A stretch of DNA of 64,000 nt, taken from assembly GCA_950097015.1 (NCBI GenBank), contig CATNEN010000038.1, positions 20,894,001-20,958,000 of the forward strand, read 5' to 3'. The position numbers and the translations under genes are program-made. Below, one piece after another: positions 14,901 through 27,066 of the stretch. The notes below the pieces were generated by a model. It did no database searches. It was not told where the DNA came from and saw only the letters and a list, made by a program, of their open reading frames with translations. The number at the start of each line of letters is the position of its first letter. Within the stretch, counting starts at the first letter, position 1. The DNA comes from Macrostomum hystrix (taxonomy: Eukaryota; Animalia; Platyhelminthes).

Positions 14901-15060
14901 AAGAGCCTTATCTAGAATCGAAGCAAGAGCCTTATCTACGAGTAGAATCGAAGCAAGAGCCTTATCTAGAATCGAAGCAAGAGCCTTATCTAGAATCGAA
15001 GCAAGAGCCTTATCTACGAGTAGAATCGAAGCAAGAGCCTTATCTAGAATCGAAGCAAGG
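11905..15060. repeat. 24-bp satellite (TCTAGAATCGAAGCAAGAGCCTTA), ~3.1 kb
   Basis: ~130 units with an occasional 6-bp insertion variant (CTACGAGTAGAA). Confidence 0.97.
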
Positions 15061-15799
15061 GCCGATAAGTGTAGGAAATGCTTTCCCTACCAAGGAACTA
15101 AGTTTGAACACGGTATCTAAAATCCAAGTTGAGCATAGACTCAAACCGCTGACAACTCTTACTAAAGCTATCTTCGGCCAGCTCAGTTGGTCCTCCAAAG
15201 GAAATTGAATTGCATTCGCAGCCGGACAAGGAAACGGAAGATGAAAATGCGGTAGATGAAGCTGGTCAGTCGGCATCTCTTCAGCTAGAGTGTCTTCTCT
15301 AACTCTGAAAGATTTCGCACAAGAGGACAACAGCCTCAATCGGTTTATCTTATCGTCCAACTCCTAGATTTGGAAACTTTGAATCGGTTAGAAGGCTGGG
15401 GGGAATATTTTTCTCTTCTTACTTTAGCTGGAGTGCCGGAAGACGGATGATAGGCTGAGGTGACGACAGACAAGACCCGTCTTGAGTCCTTGGACTCAGA
15501 TTCCAGTTAAACTACAGAAAACCCAGCCACTTAGACACTGTAGTCAAGGCCTAGGTGAGCGAGAAGTGATGTCTGAAATATATACAAGTAGCAAAGTTGT
15601 GGGCTACTGAGGTTGCCACTTATTCAAACCAACTTGTCTCACTTCTCTCCTAGTGGTGACGTAATTTCTTATTTAGTCGAGGCGAAGCGCCGACTGACCG
15701 CAGCGGGAGCTGGGATTGAAGTGGCTTAGAAATTCCACATTCTGTTAATGAAGGGTCCGGTAGGGTTCAAATTAATGAGTTCGCAACATTTTTTAGGAA

Positions 15800-16525
15800 T
15801 CCCTGAACATCGATCCTGAAGTATCTGGACAAAAGCACCTGATATCCCTGAAAAATCGCTCCTGAAGTCCCTGAACCAGCGCTCCTGAAGTTCCTGAACC
15901 ATCGCTCCTGAAGTCCCTGAACTATCTCTCCTGAAGTATCTGGACCAAAGCTCCTGAAGTATCTGGACCAAAGCTCCTGAAGTATCTGGACCAAAGCTCC
16001 TGAAGTATCTGGACCAAAGCTCCTGAAGTATCTGGACCAAAGCTCCTGAAGTATCTGAACCAGCGCCCCTGAAGTCCCTGAACTATCTCTCCTGAAGTCC
16101 CTAAACCATCGCTCCTGAAGTCCCTCAACCATCGCTCCTGAAGTCCCTAAACCATCGCTCCTGAAGTCCCTAAACCATCGCTCCTGAAGTCCCTAAACCA
16201 TCGCTCCTGAAGTCCCTAAACCAGCGCTCCTGAAGTCCCTCAACCATCGCCCCTGAAGTCCCTGAACATCGATCCTGAAATCCCTCAACCATTGCCCCTG
16301 AAGTCCCTGAACCATCGCTCCTGAAGTCCCTCAACCATCGCCCCTGAAGTCCCTGAACATCGATCCTGAAATCCCGGAACCTGCGCTCCTGAAGTCCCTG
16401 AACAATCGCTACTGAAGTATCTGGACCAAGATATACTTCAAAGATCGCTCCTAAAGTTCTCAAACTAACTCTCCTGAATTCCTTGAACTAACAAATCTGA
16501 ATTCCCGGAAAAAACTATCCTGAAC
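15800..16525. repeat. 23-bp minisatellite (CTCCTGAAGTCCCTGAACCATCG / CTCCTGAAGTATCTGGACCAAAG)
   Basis: Two interleaved unit variants. Confidence 0.93.
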
Positions 16526-16906
16526 TTGAATAGAGAGATGATTAATTTCGAATGAGCACATTAGAGGTGGCTGCGGTCTCGAGGCAGTGTTCCTGTGCGA
16601 CTCAATTCGTGCAAAAGTCAGAAGGGAAATTGGATTGCATGCGCTTACGATAGGTTAGCAACAGGTGAGAATTCTCACTAAAGCTGTCTATAATTCTCTT
16701 CGTCAATCCCGGATCCCTGGATGGGACGATAATATAGGATCGAAGCAGCGAAAGCTTATTAATTGACGGAAATGGTGATGAAATTGCAATTTCGGAGCAA
16801 TCATTTTTACTCACCTGGAGAGAAGCGTAGAAATTGAATAATGTGCTTTAAGCATTAAATTAAAAGCTTTACGTTTTCTAGACATGTTAATTTATTAGTC
16901 ATACTT

Positions 16907-18460
16907 GTCATCTCCTCTCCTATCCTCTCCTCTCCTCTCCTCTCATCTCCTCTCCTATCCTCTCCTCTCCTCTCCTCTCCTCTCCTCTCCTGTCCTCTCC
17001 TGTCCTCTCCTCTCCTCTCCTCTCCTCTCCTCTCCTCTCCTCTCCTGTCCTCTCCTCTCCTCTCCTCTCCTCTCCTCTCCTCTCCTCTCCTCTCCTCTCC
17101 TCTCCTCTCCTGTCCTCTCCTCTCCTCTCCTCTCCTCTCCTGTCCTCTCCTCTCCTCTCCTCTCCTCTCCTCTCCTCTCCTCTCCTCTCCTCTCCTCTCC
17201 TCTCCTCTCCTCTCCTCTCCTCTCCTCTCCTCTCCTGTCCTCTCCTCTCCTCTCCTCTCCTCTCCTCTCCTGTCCTCTCCTCTCCTCTCCTCTCCTCTCC
17301 TCTCCTCTCCTCTCCTCTCCTGTCCTCTCCTGTCCTCTCCTCTCCTCTCCTCTCCTGTCCTCTCCTGTCCTCTCCTGTCCTCTCCTCTCCTCTCCTCTCC
17401 TCTCCTCTCCTCTCCTCTCCTCTCCTCTCCTCTCCTGTCCTCTCCTCTCCTCTCCTCTCCTCTCCTCTCCTGTCCTCTCCTCTCCTCTCCTGTCCTCTCC
17501 TGTCCTCTCCTGTCCTCTCCTCTCCTCTCCTCTCCTCTCCTCTCCTCTCTTCTCCTCTCCTCTCCTGTCCTCTCCTCTCCTGTCCTCTCCTGTCCTCTCC
17601 TGTCCTCTCCTCTCCTCTCCTATCCTCTCCTCTCCTCTCCTCTCCTCTCCTCTCCTGTCCTCTCCTCTCCTCTCCTCTCCTGTCCTCTCCTGTCCTCTCC
17701 TGTCCTCTCCTCTCCTCTCCTATCCTCTCCTCTCCTCTCCTCTCCTCTCCTCTCCTGTCCTCTCCTCTCCTCTCCTCTCCTCTCCTCTCCTGTCCTCTCC
17801 TCCCCTCTTCTCTCCTCTCCTCTCCTCTCCTCTCCTGTCCTCTCCTCTCCTGTCCTCTCCTGTCCTCTCCTGTCCTCTCCTCTCCTCTCCTATCCTCTCC
17901 TCTCCTCTCCTCTCCTCTCCTCTCCTGTCCTCTCCTCTCCTCTCCTCTCCTGTCCTCTCCTCCCCTCTTCTCTCCTCTCCTCTCCTCTCCTCTCCTGTCC
18001 TCTCCTCTCCTCTCCTCTCCTGTCCTCTCCTCCCCTCTTCTCTCCTCTCCTCTCCTCTCCTGTCCTCTCCTCTCCTCTCCTATCCTCTCCTCTCCTCTCC
18101 TCTCCTCTCCTCTCCTGTCCTCTCCTCTCCTCTCCTCTCCTGTCCTCTCCTCCCCTCTTCTCTCCTCTCCTCTCCTCTCCTCTCCTGTCCTCTCCTCTCC
18201 TCTCCTCTTCTCTCCTCTCCTCTCCTCTCCTCTCCTCTCCTCTCCTCTCCTCTCCTCTCCTCTCCTCTCCTCTCCTCTCCTCTCCTCTCCTCTCCTCTCC
18301 TCTCCTCTTCTCTCCTCTCCTCTCCTCTCCTCTCCTCTCCTCTCCTCTCCTCTCCTCTCCTTTCCTCTCCTCTCCTCTCCTCTCCTCTCCTCTCCTCTCC
18401 TCTCCTCTCCTCTCCTTTCCTCTCCTCTCCTCTCCTCTCCTCTCCTCTCCTCTACTCTCC
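16907..18460. repeat. (CCTCT)n pentanucleotide microsatellite, ~1.55 kb
   Basis: Direct inspection. Confidence 0.98.
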
Positions 18461-19321
18461 CCTGTTACACATTCTCGACAGCAGTCATTAAAATATTCCC
18501 ATCTCCAATATGAAATGCCATTCATGAAACACAATTATCCCGAGAGCCCGAATCCAGGTTCGAAGACGCGTCATCATCACACAGTCCTAACTGACTGCGT
18601 GAATAGCGGTAGAAAAAGTCTGAATTCGATAGAAAATAGGTTTTCAGACTAGAAAAAATCAAGTCAAACTTTATCTATTGGCTAGACAAATTTTAGCCAG
18701 CCTATTTAATTCCGAATCAGTCTCACACTGCGACAGTAAATGCTTGCCAGCCGACTGAAATTCAATTCAAACCCACCGCCCCAACCGACCTGTCCGTCAA
18801 TTATCGATCCGGTTCCCCCTGTGCTCACAGGATTCACCGAATTCCATTATTTGTGGATTATTATGCAAGCAATTTTCTGCCTACCGAAGATCGAATTAAA
18901 GGTGTGCCAGCGAGAGTCGGACGAGACAGCTGCCACGTCATCATCAGTCAGAGTCTGCAATGACAGAGCTTAGCAATATTCGTTTAGGAAGCCTCACACA
19001 AGCACACGACAGAGTTGATCTGTGTTTCAATTTAATTATCTCACCGCCGAATACCTTGGACAAGCGGCCAGTCAGTGCTCGTAAGCCCTATAATCCCCCT
19101 CGCCACTAGGGAAACCCCGTACACACCCAAATCCTCTGCGGGAGATAATCTGCTGGCTAAAGTTGAGAAGATTAACGAAAAAAAAATGTGAAAAACGGCG
19201 TAAACCATATCGTAACAGTGGCTTTTAGATAATTAGTGGAATAAAATGTTTCACTAAAGGCAAATTTTTTTAAATCCTTCAATTCGAAATAAACGGTATA
19301 TGATTTCAAAGAAAGAATTGA

Positions 19322-19700
19322 ATAGATTAGCAATCCATTCTATTCCTTCATCCTTTGGGATAGATTAGCAATCCATTCTATTCATTCATCCATTTGGGAT
19401 AGATTAGCAATCCATTCTATTCCTTCATCCATTGGGTATAGATTAGCAATCCATTCTATTCCTTCATCCTTTGGGATAGATTAGCAATCCATTCTATTCC
19501 TTCATCCTTTGGGATAGATTAGCAATCCATTCTATTCCTTCATCCATTGGGTATAGATTAGCAATCCATTCTATTCCTTCATCCATTGGGTATAGATTAG
19601 CAATCCATTCTATTCCTTCATCAATGAGTATAGATTAGCAATCCATTCTATTCCTTCGTTCATTGGATATAGATTAGCAATCCACTCTCCTTCATCCGTT
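19322..19700 (-). repeat. 38-bp minisatellite, reverse complement of the 9196-9750 family
   Basis: ATAGATTAGCAATCCATTCTATTCCTTCATC, ~10 units. Confidence 0.95.
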
Positions 19701-20606
19701 GGGGATAGTTGGGGATTGCAGATGTTAAGCCGCAGAGCACACTAAATAATTCCATGTTTTTCACACCAAGCCATTGTTCATGGCATTTAAGCTCAGCGGC
19801 AACTCAGAATTAGAAGCAACAGTGAGAATTCAGCAAAAATGTGGACCAAAAAAAACTGCAGAATTGCTCTGAACGAGATGCCTTCTGAAGGAAATCTTAA
19901 TATGAGTAGATGTTGAATCAACAATACTGAGCTGTTACCTGCGGTCCGTTTTTTCTGATATAAAATGCTAAAACTCTAACTGTAGGGAGTGTCTAACAAA
20001 AATTTTTACCTAGACTGATTTTCAATACATCAAAGCCACCTAGCTATACTTCCTCCAATTATTTTTTCTCTGCTTCCACTAACCAATAAGACTAAAATTA
20101 TCATCTTCGTCATCGGCAATTTTCTTTTTTTTTTCGCTGTCCAATTTGTCTATAGCTGCGTCACACACACACTGTCGAGTCTAAAGAGAAATGAAAGAGA
20201 GTGAGTGAGTGAGAGATTATGTGTTGAGAGAAATTGGTCGGCCTCTTTGCGGCTTCAGGTGATCCTAAATCCATTTCTCTGGTTGAGCAAGTTCGTCACA
20301 CGCTAGATACAGAGAAATTGGTCGCCGAGTTCAATGAGGAAGAAAAATTGGTCCTTTCTGAGATTTAAGGAAATCTTTGCCTCGCTTCCTATCTGAGTCA
20401 CACTACGGGAAGATCTCTGCTAGCCAGACAGGTAGCGCCGGCATCGTTAATGCCTCAATCTAGCCATGCTGCAGCTCTGAACAGATTCTCATTAGTCAGG
20501 ACGGCATCAATTAGTCACTTTGTCGTTTTCATCAGCTAAGTCTTCTGGGATTTTAACAAACCGATTGACTAAATCCTAATATACTCATCATTAGTCATCT
20601 ATTTTT

Positions 20607-20827
20607 CTAATAACTGATTGCTCCTGCACCAGTTTTCGTCAGACAGCCACAGTCGCAGCTAGTGCGCGGCGCCTCTGAAGGCTGCGTACAACTGTTCAGT
20701 CCATGGACTGTTTGGGGAATGCCACACCCACCCTTATTTAGCAGTATTCTAACAGAGTCGGGAATCGAACCTCCGACCTTCAAAACTCTAGCAGTCAGCA
20801 ACGCTCTACCTATTAGGCTACAAACCC
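20607..20827 (-). mobile_element. tRNA-derived SINE-like element (family C)
   Basis: Minus strand TGTAGCCTAATAGGTAGAGCG (A box) and GGAGGTTCGATTCCCG (B box) followed by a GC-rich body; no complete cloverleaf or TSD seen. Confidence 0.6.
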
Positions 20828-21344
20828 TTATCATGCCGAAGCTTAAATTTGTCAAAAAAAAATTGCAACAAAAGTGATTAGAATATGACATCGTACTTAT
20901 ACTTCTGTGACGGAATACAGTTTGAAAGTAAAGTAATTTTTTAATAAAGAATTTCAACTTTTTTTACTCGCCGACGATCGAGAATAGTAGCTTCGGCGAG
21001 TTGTCGAGGAGTTAGCAATGAGTGGCCTCAAAGTAATTCTGCTAAGATTAGTCAATACGACCCGTCTATCGGCTTTCAAAAACTTCCCTAAATCTGTCAG
21101 TGGTTGGAGAGGAATTTACTTCTCATTTGCTGTAGAAAGCAAAAGTATTTGAGTAGGGGACTAACTCTTTACGGGATGAGATTTCTCGCCCGAGCCGTGT
21201 TGGTTCATATTTTCTACCGTTCTCAACAAGCCCGGACCATATGCGACGCCCTTACTGATTGTCCATTTGCACAACTTTGATTGCTGCAAAAAAATCATAT
21301 TGGTAACTCTTACTCACTCTTATCCATACTAACACCTATTCACT

Positions 21345-21837
21345 CGTATCTCATCTCTCCCGTGTCTCATCTCTCCCGTGTCTCATCTCTCCCGTGTCTC
21401 ATCTCTCCCGTGTCTTATCTCTTCCGTGTCTCATCTCTCCCGTGTCTCATCTCTCCCGTGTCTCATCTCTCCCGTGTCTCATCTCTCCCGTGTCTCATCT
21501 CTCCCGTGTCTCATCTCTCCCGTGTCTCATCTCTCCCGTGTCTCATCTCTCCCGTGTTTCATCTCTCCCGTGTCTCATCTCTCCCGTGTCTCATCTCTCC
21601 CGTGTCTCATCTCTCCCGTGTCTCATCTCTCCCGTGTCTCATCTCTCCCGTGTCTCATCTCTCCCGTGTCTCATCTCTCCCGTGTCTCATCTCTCCGGTG
21701 TCTCATCTCTCCGGTGTCTCATCTCTCCCGTGTCTCATCTCTCCCGTGTCTCATCTCTCCCGTGTCTCATCTCTCCCGTGTCTCATCTCTCCCGTGTCTC
21801 ATCTCTCCCGTGTCTCATCTCTCCCGTGTCTCATCTC
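21345..21837. repeat. 16-bp minisatellite (CTCATCTCTCCCGTGT)
   Basis: ~30 very homogeneous units; related to the MITE-internal array at 40052-40845 in opposite orientation. Confidence 0.96.
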
Positions 21838-22118
21838 GCAAATTAGTGTTTTCTTCCAAGCCCCCTAAAAAACTCAACGATTTACGTGATCGCGAATGTA
21901 ATAAAATAAAGCCAGTGTATGACTGTTATTACATGCCATTGTAGTTAATTGCTTCATATATCTGCTCAATGCAATCAAAATATTTATAGGCAATTCCAGT
22001 CAATACTCAGATCATAAACCTCAATTTCAGCACACGTGTCCAGAAACACAATCGCGATAAAAAATTTTTCACAAAAATCCCAGTTGAATTTTTTAAAGTA
22101 TTCATAAATAAAGTGATT

Positions 22119-22920
22119 TGTGAGTGGGTGAGTGAGTGAGTGAGTGAGTGAGTGAGTGAGTGAGTGAGTGAGTGAGTGAGTGAGTGAGTGAGTGAGTGAG
22201 TGAGTGGGTGAGTGAGTGAGTGAGTGAGTGAGTGAGTGAGTGAGTGAGTGTGTGGGTGAGTGAGTGAGTGAGTGGGTGAGTGAGTGAGTGGGTGAGTGAG
22301 TGAGTGAGTGAGTGAGTGAGTGAGTGAGTGAGTGAGTGAGTGAGTGAGTGAGTGAGTGAGTGAGTGAGTGAGTGGGTGAGTGAGTGAGTGGGTGAGTGAG
22401 TGAGTGAGTGAGTGAGTGAGTGGGTGAGTGAGTGAGTGAGTGAGTGAGTGAGTGGGTGAGTGAGTGAGTGAGTGGGTGAGTGAGTGAGTGAGTGAGTGAG
22501 TGAGTGAGTGAGTGAGTGAGTGAGTGAGTGAGTGAGTGAGTGAGTGGGTGAGTGAGTGAGTGGGTGAGTGAGTGAGTGAGTGAGTGAGTGAGTGGGTGAG
22601 TGAGTGAGTGGGTGAGTGAGTGAGTGAGTGAGTGAGTGAGTGGGTGAGTGAGTGAGTGAGTGAGTGAGTGAGTGGGTGAGTGAGTGAGTGAGTGGGTGAG
22701 TGAGTGAGTGGGTGAGTGAGTGAGTGAGTGAGTGAGTGGGTGAGTGAGTGAGTGAGTGAGTGAGTGAGTGAGTGGGTGGGTGAGTGAGTGAGTGAGTGAG
22801 TGAGTGAGTGAGTGAGTGAGTGAGTGAATGAGTGAGTGAGTGAGTGAGTGAGTGAGTGAGTGAGTGAGTGAGTGAGTGAGTGAGTGAGTGAGTGAGTGAG
22901 TGAGTGAGTGGGTGAGTGAG
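22119..22920. repeat. (GAGT)n tetranucleotide microsatellite
   Basis: ~200 units with GGGT variants. Confidence 0.98.
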
Positions 22921-23726
22921 CACACTAATCTGAGTCTAATTAAGTAAGCATAGCGGTGAGTTCAGTGAGATGAGGCAGTTGATAAGCTCAGCTATTTAGC
23001 CGTGCCAGTTTGAGAACTATCGTGCTTGTTGACTAGCAAAGGTTTTAAGCTCAACCCAATTTACAAGGCCGCCAGGCAGCAAGCTCAAAGGAATCCTTTA
23101 ATCTCCTTCCACTCACACACAAAAAGCAGTATTGGATTTCATCGGGTCTTTTTTTTAAAACCGACCGGAGGCCCCAAATAGGGTTGCGTCTTGTTTTGGA
23201 AAGTTGGAATGGCGGATGGCAGTTTTTGGACCTCAAAAGTGAGCACAACATAAAAGTTTGGATGCAATAATAAACTAGCAAACCCCACATCCTGTTTCAT
23301 GAAGCCTTTGTTAGTCCAGTTGTACAATAAAACGGCATGCTTTGACATAGGGTAATCGTAGCATCGAGGGTCATTAACTACGAAGTTGTTGATTTTGGAA
23401 ATGTTTTTTCTTAGAAAGACGGCCGACCAAAGAAAAGCTGATGATTACGTAATCAACCGATAAATAGGAAATAACGAAAAACTAAACTAGCCTTTCTTTT
23501 TTGAGTTCTTAGATTCTCCGTACTGATGCTTTGGCCTTTGTGTCCAACGAGTTTGAGTTGCGTGTTTGAACTCAAAAAATGCTTTTGAGAACGTTTTTTT
23601 AGTTATTTATGTCTACAATAAACTAACTATTGATTTTATCACGGCAACATAGTTAAAAAAACAATGTCCGCCTTCTCACACAAGAGTTTGTGAGCGAGTT
23701 TTTTTAAGTGAGTTTTTTATTAGCTC

Positions 23727-25080
23727 ATGAGTTCATGGGTGTGAGTTCATGGGTGTGAGTTGATGGGTGTGAGTCGATGGGTGTGAGTTCATGGGTGTGA
23801 GTTCATGGGTGTGAGTTCATGGGTGTGAGTTGATGGGTGTGAGTTGATGGGTGTGAGTTGATGGGTGTGAGTTCATGGGTGTGAGTTGATGGGTGTGAGT
23901 TCATGGGTGTGAGTTGATGGGTGTGAGTTGATGGGTGTGAGTTGATGGGTGTGAGTTCATGGGTGTGAGTTGATGGGTGTGAGTTCATGGGTGTGAGTTC
24001 ATGGGTGTGAGTTGATGGGTGTGAGTTGATGGGTGTGAGTTGATGGGTGTGAGTTCATGGGTGTGACCACATAGGTGTGAGTTAATGGGTGTGAGTTGAT
24101 GGGTGTGAGTTCATGGGTGTGAGTTCATGGGTGTGAGTTGATGGGTGTGAGTTGATGGGTGTGAGTTCATGGGTGTGAGTCGATGGGTGTGAGTTCATGG
24201 GTGTGAGTTCATGGGTGTGAGTTCATTGAGGTGAGTTGATGGGTGTGAGTTCATGGGTGTGAGTTCATGGGTGTGAGTTGATGGGTGTGAGTCGATGGGT
24301 GTGAGTTCATGGGTGTGAGTTCATGGGTGTGAGTTCATGGGTGTGAGTTAATGGGTGTGAGTTCATGGGTGTGAGTTGATGGGTGTGAGTCGATGGGTGT
24401 GAGTTCATGGGTGTGAGTTCATGGGTGTGAGTTCATGGGTGTGAGTTGATGGGTGTGAGTTCATGGGTGTGAGTTCATGGGTGTGAGTTGATGGGTGTGA
24501 GTTCATGGGTGTGAGTTGATGGGTGTGAGTTCATGGGTGTGAGTTCATGGGTGTGAGTTGATGGGTGTGAGTTCATGGGTGTGAGTTGATGGGTGTGAGT
24601 TGATGGGTGTGAGTTGATGGGTGTGAGTTGATGGGTGTGAGTTGATGGGTGTGAGTTCATGGGTGTGAGTTCATGGGTGTGAGTTGATGGGTGTGAGTTG
24701 ATGGGTGTGAGTTGATGGGTGTGAGTTCATGGGTGTGACCACATAGGTGTGAGTTAATGGGTGTGAGTTGATGGGTGTGAGTTGATGGGTGTGAGTTCAT
24801 GGGTGTGAGTTGATGGGTGTGAGTTCATGGGTGTGAGTTGATGGGTGTGAGTTGATGGGTGTGAGTTGATGGGTGTGAGTTGATGGGTGTGAGTTCATGG
24901 GTGTGAGTTGATGGGTGTGAGTTGATGGGTGTGAGTTGATGGGTGTGAGTTGATGGGTGTGAGTTCATGGGTGTGACCTCATAGGTGTGAGTTCATGGGT
25001 GAGTTCACGGTGTGAGTTCATGGGTGAGTTCACGGTGTGAGTTCATGGTTGAGTTCATGTGTGTGAGTTCACGGGTGTGT
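23727..25080. repeat. 14-bp minisatellite (GGGTGTGAGTTSAT)
   Basis: ~95 units. Confidence 0.97.
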
Positions 25081-25537
25081 TCGTGAGCGGACCAGGAAAT
25101 AATATGTTTGTATGTTTAATCCTCATTCTTTCATTCGCAAATGTGGAATCTGAAAGGCGTAGAATGAATAGATCTATATATCCTTTTTTCATAAGTACGT
25201 AGCTGATGAATGACTTTTCCTAGAAAAAAAAGAAATATGAAATATGATTTTCCACGAATCTCGCAGCAGTTTGAATTGTTATTTCATCGCGACTCTGAAA
25301 TCGGTTTTTTATGTCCGTCAGGTGTGAAGTGGGCTATAAAAAACTCTTGTTTGTTTTAGAAAAACAAGGAGCTTTAAGAATATAGATTTCTTCAGCACAC
25401 ATTCCAACTATGGTAGAATCGCGACAAATAATACAGGTTAAATAATACAGGTATATGACAGTTTGCCTGTCTAACGCTTTCAAAACCAATTTTTAAGCCT
25501 GTCTATAGTTTTAAAATGGCAATGGTCCCGCACCCCA

Positions 25538-25885
25538 TATTAATAATAATAATTGCAGGAGGGCTGCGGGCAATGGCACATCATTTGGTGACACTAGACA
25601 CGCAGCCAGCGAGGAGGCAATTCTGCCCCATTCCGCTGGCTCTTGAGCACACACGCACACAGATACTGTACTCAGGCACACGCTCACACAGGTGTGTACA
25701 TCTGCCCTGGCAGTGTACACTCTCAATGTGCCTTGAAGGTTGGCCCTCAGGGGCGCAAATTGCACGACAAGCCCCCAAGCCTTCTCTCCGCGGCTGCGCC
25801 CCAATTGAATGTGGCCTCGCCACGGAATCGAGCTCAGGGACCGTGGCGCGAGAGGCAGACGCGTTAACCGCCCTGCCACTCACCC
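25538..25885 (-). mobile_element. tRNA-derived SINE (family A), near full length
   Basis: Minus-strand head GGGTGAGTGGCAGGGCGGTTAACGCG (A box), GAGCTCGATTCC (B box), (TTA)n tail; clearly homologous to 59021-59292 and 30556-30712. Confidence 0.82.
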
Positions 25886-26479
25886 TCTCCTGCATCCCAG
25901 AGTTATTTCTCGTCAGCCTCAATCACCGAACTACCATCGGTCAAACAAGATCTGAAAACTAAATATCGATACAATTTCATTGAATGTGCCAGTGTATAGT
26001 TGGAGCAGTTCAATTCACAGCTGGAAGTCGCATGATGCAGTCGCCTCGACCACCCAAGCAGCTTGTAAAAATCCGGGCGTTTGTGCTCTGAATGTTTGAC
26101 ATTGAAAGTGATGCCAAAATTTCTCCGTGTCCCGGATGACTCATGTTACTCATATATTCTCGCAAGTTGACAAACAATAAGCCGCGCGGGTGTTAATATT
26201 AGAAATGTTTTTAAGAAGCCGGCGCTAGATTCTGTCTCAACAGCGGAACAGCAAACACACAATAGAACCCGAAATATAAAATTCACACTGGAAATGCAAC
26301 ACGATAGTTGGGACCATCGGTAGAATATCCGTTAGCCATCTGTCATTTCCCAGGATGTGAGAATGCTCACTATTACCTATAAGCTAAAGGTAGACATAGG
26401 AGCCATCTAAACATTACGAAACTCCAAGATTCTAAATCTATAAAGTTCTGGACCCTAAATATCTAAAGCTCAACAAACT

Positions 26480-27066
26480 TCAAAGGTTTGTAAACCCCTA
26501 AAGGGTTGTAAGCTCCTAAAGGGTTGTAAACTCCTAAAGGGTTGTAAGCTCCTAAAGGGTTGTAAACTCCCAAAGGGTTGTAAACCCCTAAAGGGTTGTA
26601 AACTCCTAAAGGGTTGTAAACCCCTAAAGGGTTGTAAACCCCTAAAGGGTTGTAAACCCCTTAAGGGTTGTAAAACCCCTAAAGAAAGGGTTGTTACCCC
26701 CTAAAGGGTTGTAAACCCCTAAAGGTTTTTAAACCCCTAAAGGGTTGTAAACCCCTAAAGGTTTGTAAACCCTTAAATGTCTGTAAACCCCTAAAGGTTT
26801 GTAAACCCCTAAAGGGTTGTAAACCCCTAAAGGTTTTTAAACCCCTAAAGGGTTGTAAACCCCTAAAGGTTTGTAAACCCCTAAATGTCTGTAAACCCCT
26901 AAAGGTTTGTAAACCCCTAAAGGTTTGTAAACCCCTAAAGGGTTGTAAACCCCTAAAGGTTTGTAAACCCCTAAATGTCTGTAAACCCCTAAAGGGTTGT
27001 AAACCCCTAAAGGTTTGTAAACCCCTAAATGTCTGTAAACCCCTAAAGGTTTGTAAACCCTAAAGG
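26480..27066. repeat. 18-bp minisatellite (TAAACCCCTAAAGGGTTG)
   Basis: ~32 units; the unit is partly self-complementary. Confidence 0.95.

Noticed and set aside
15040-15360. 106-aa minus-strand ORF, and the 70-aa ORF at 16602-16814
   Set aside because: Non-ATG starts and no family resemblance.
20740-20827. Possible tRNA gene (likewise SINE heads at 25.8, 50.3 and 59.2 kb and the B box at ~30440)
   Set aside because: A and B boxes are present but I could not fold an acceptor stem and anticodon arm; they continue into repeat bodies, so were called SINEs.
25511-25962. ORFs at 25.5-25.9 kb and 58716-59284 that resemble each other
   Set aside because: The similarity comes from the shared SINE, not from a protein family.
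26480-27066. Telomere-like AACCCCTAA motif
   Set aside because: 18-bp unit mixing C-runs and G-runs on one strand, not a (TTAGGG)n tract.
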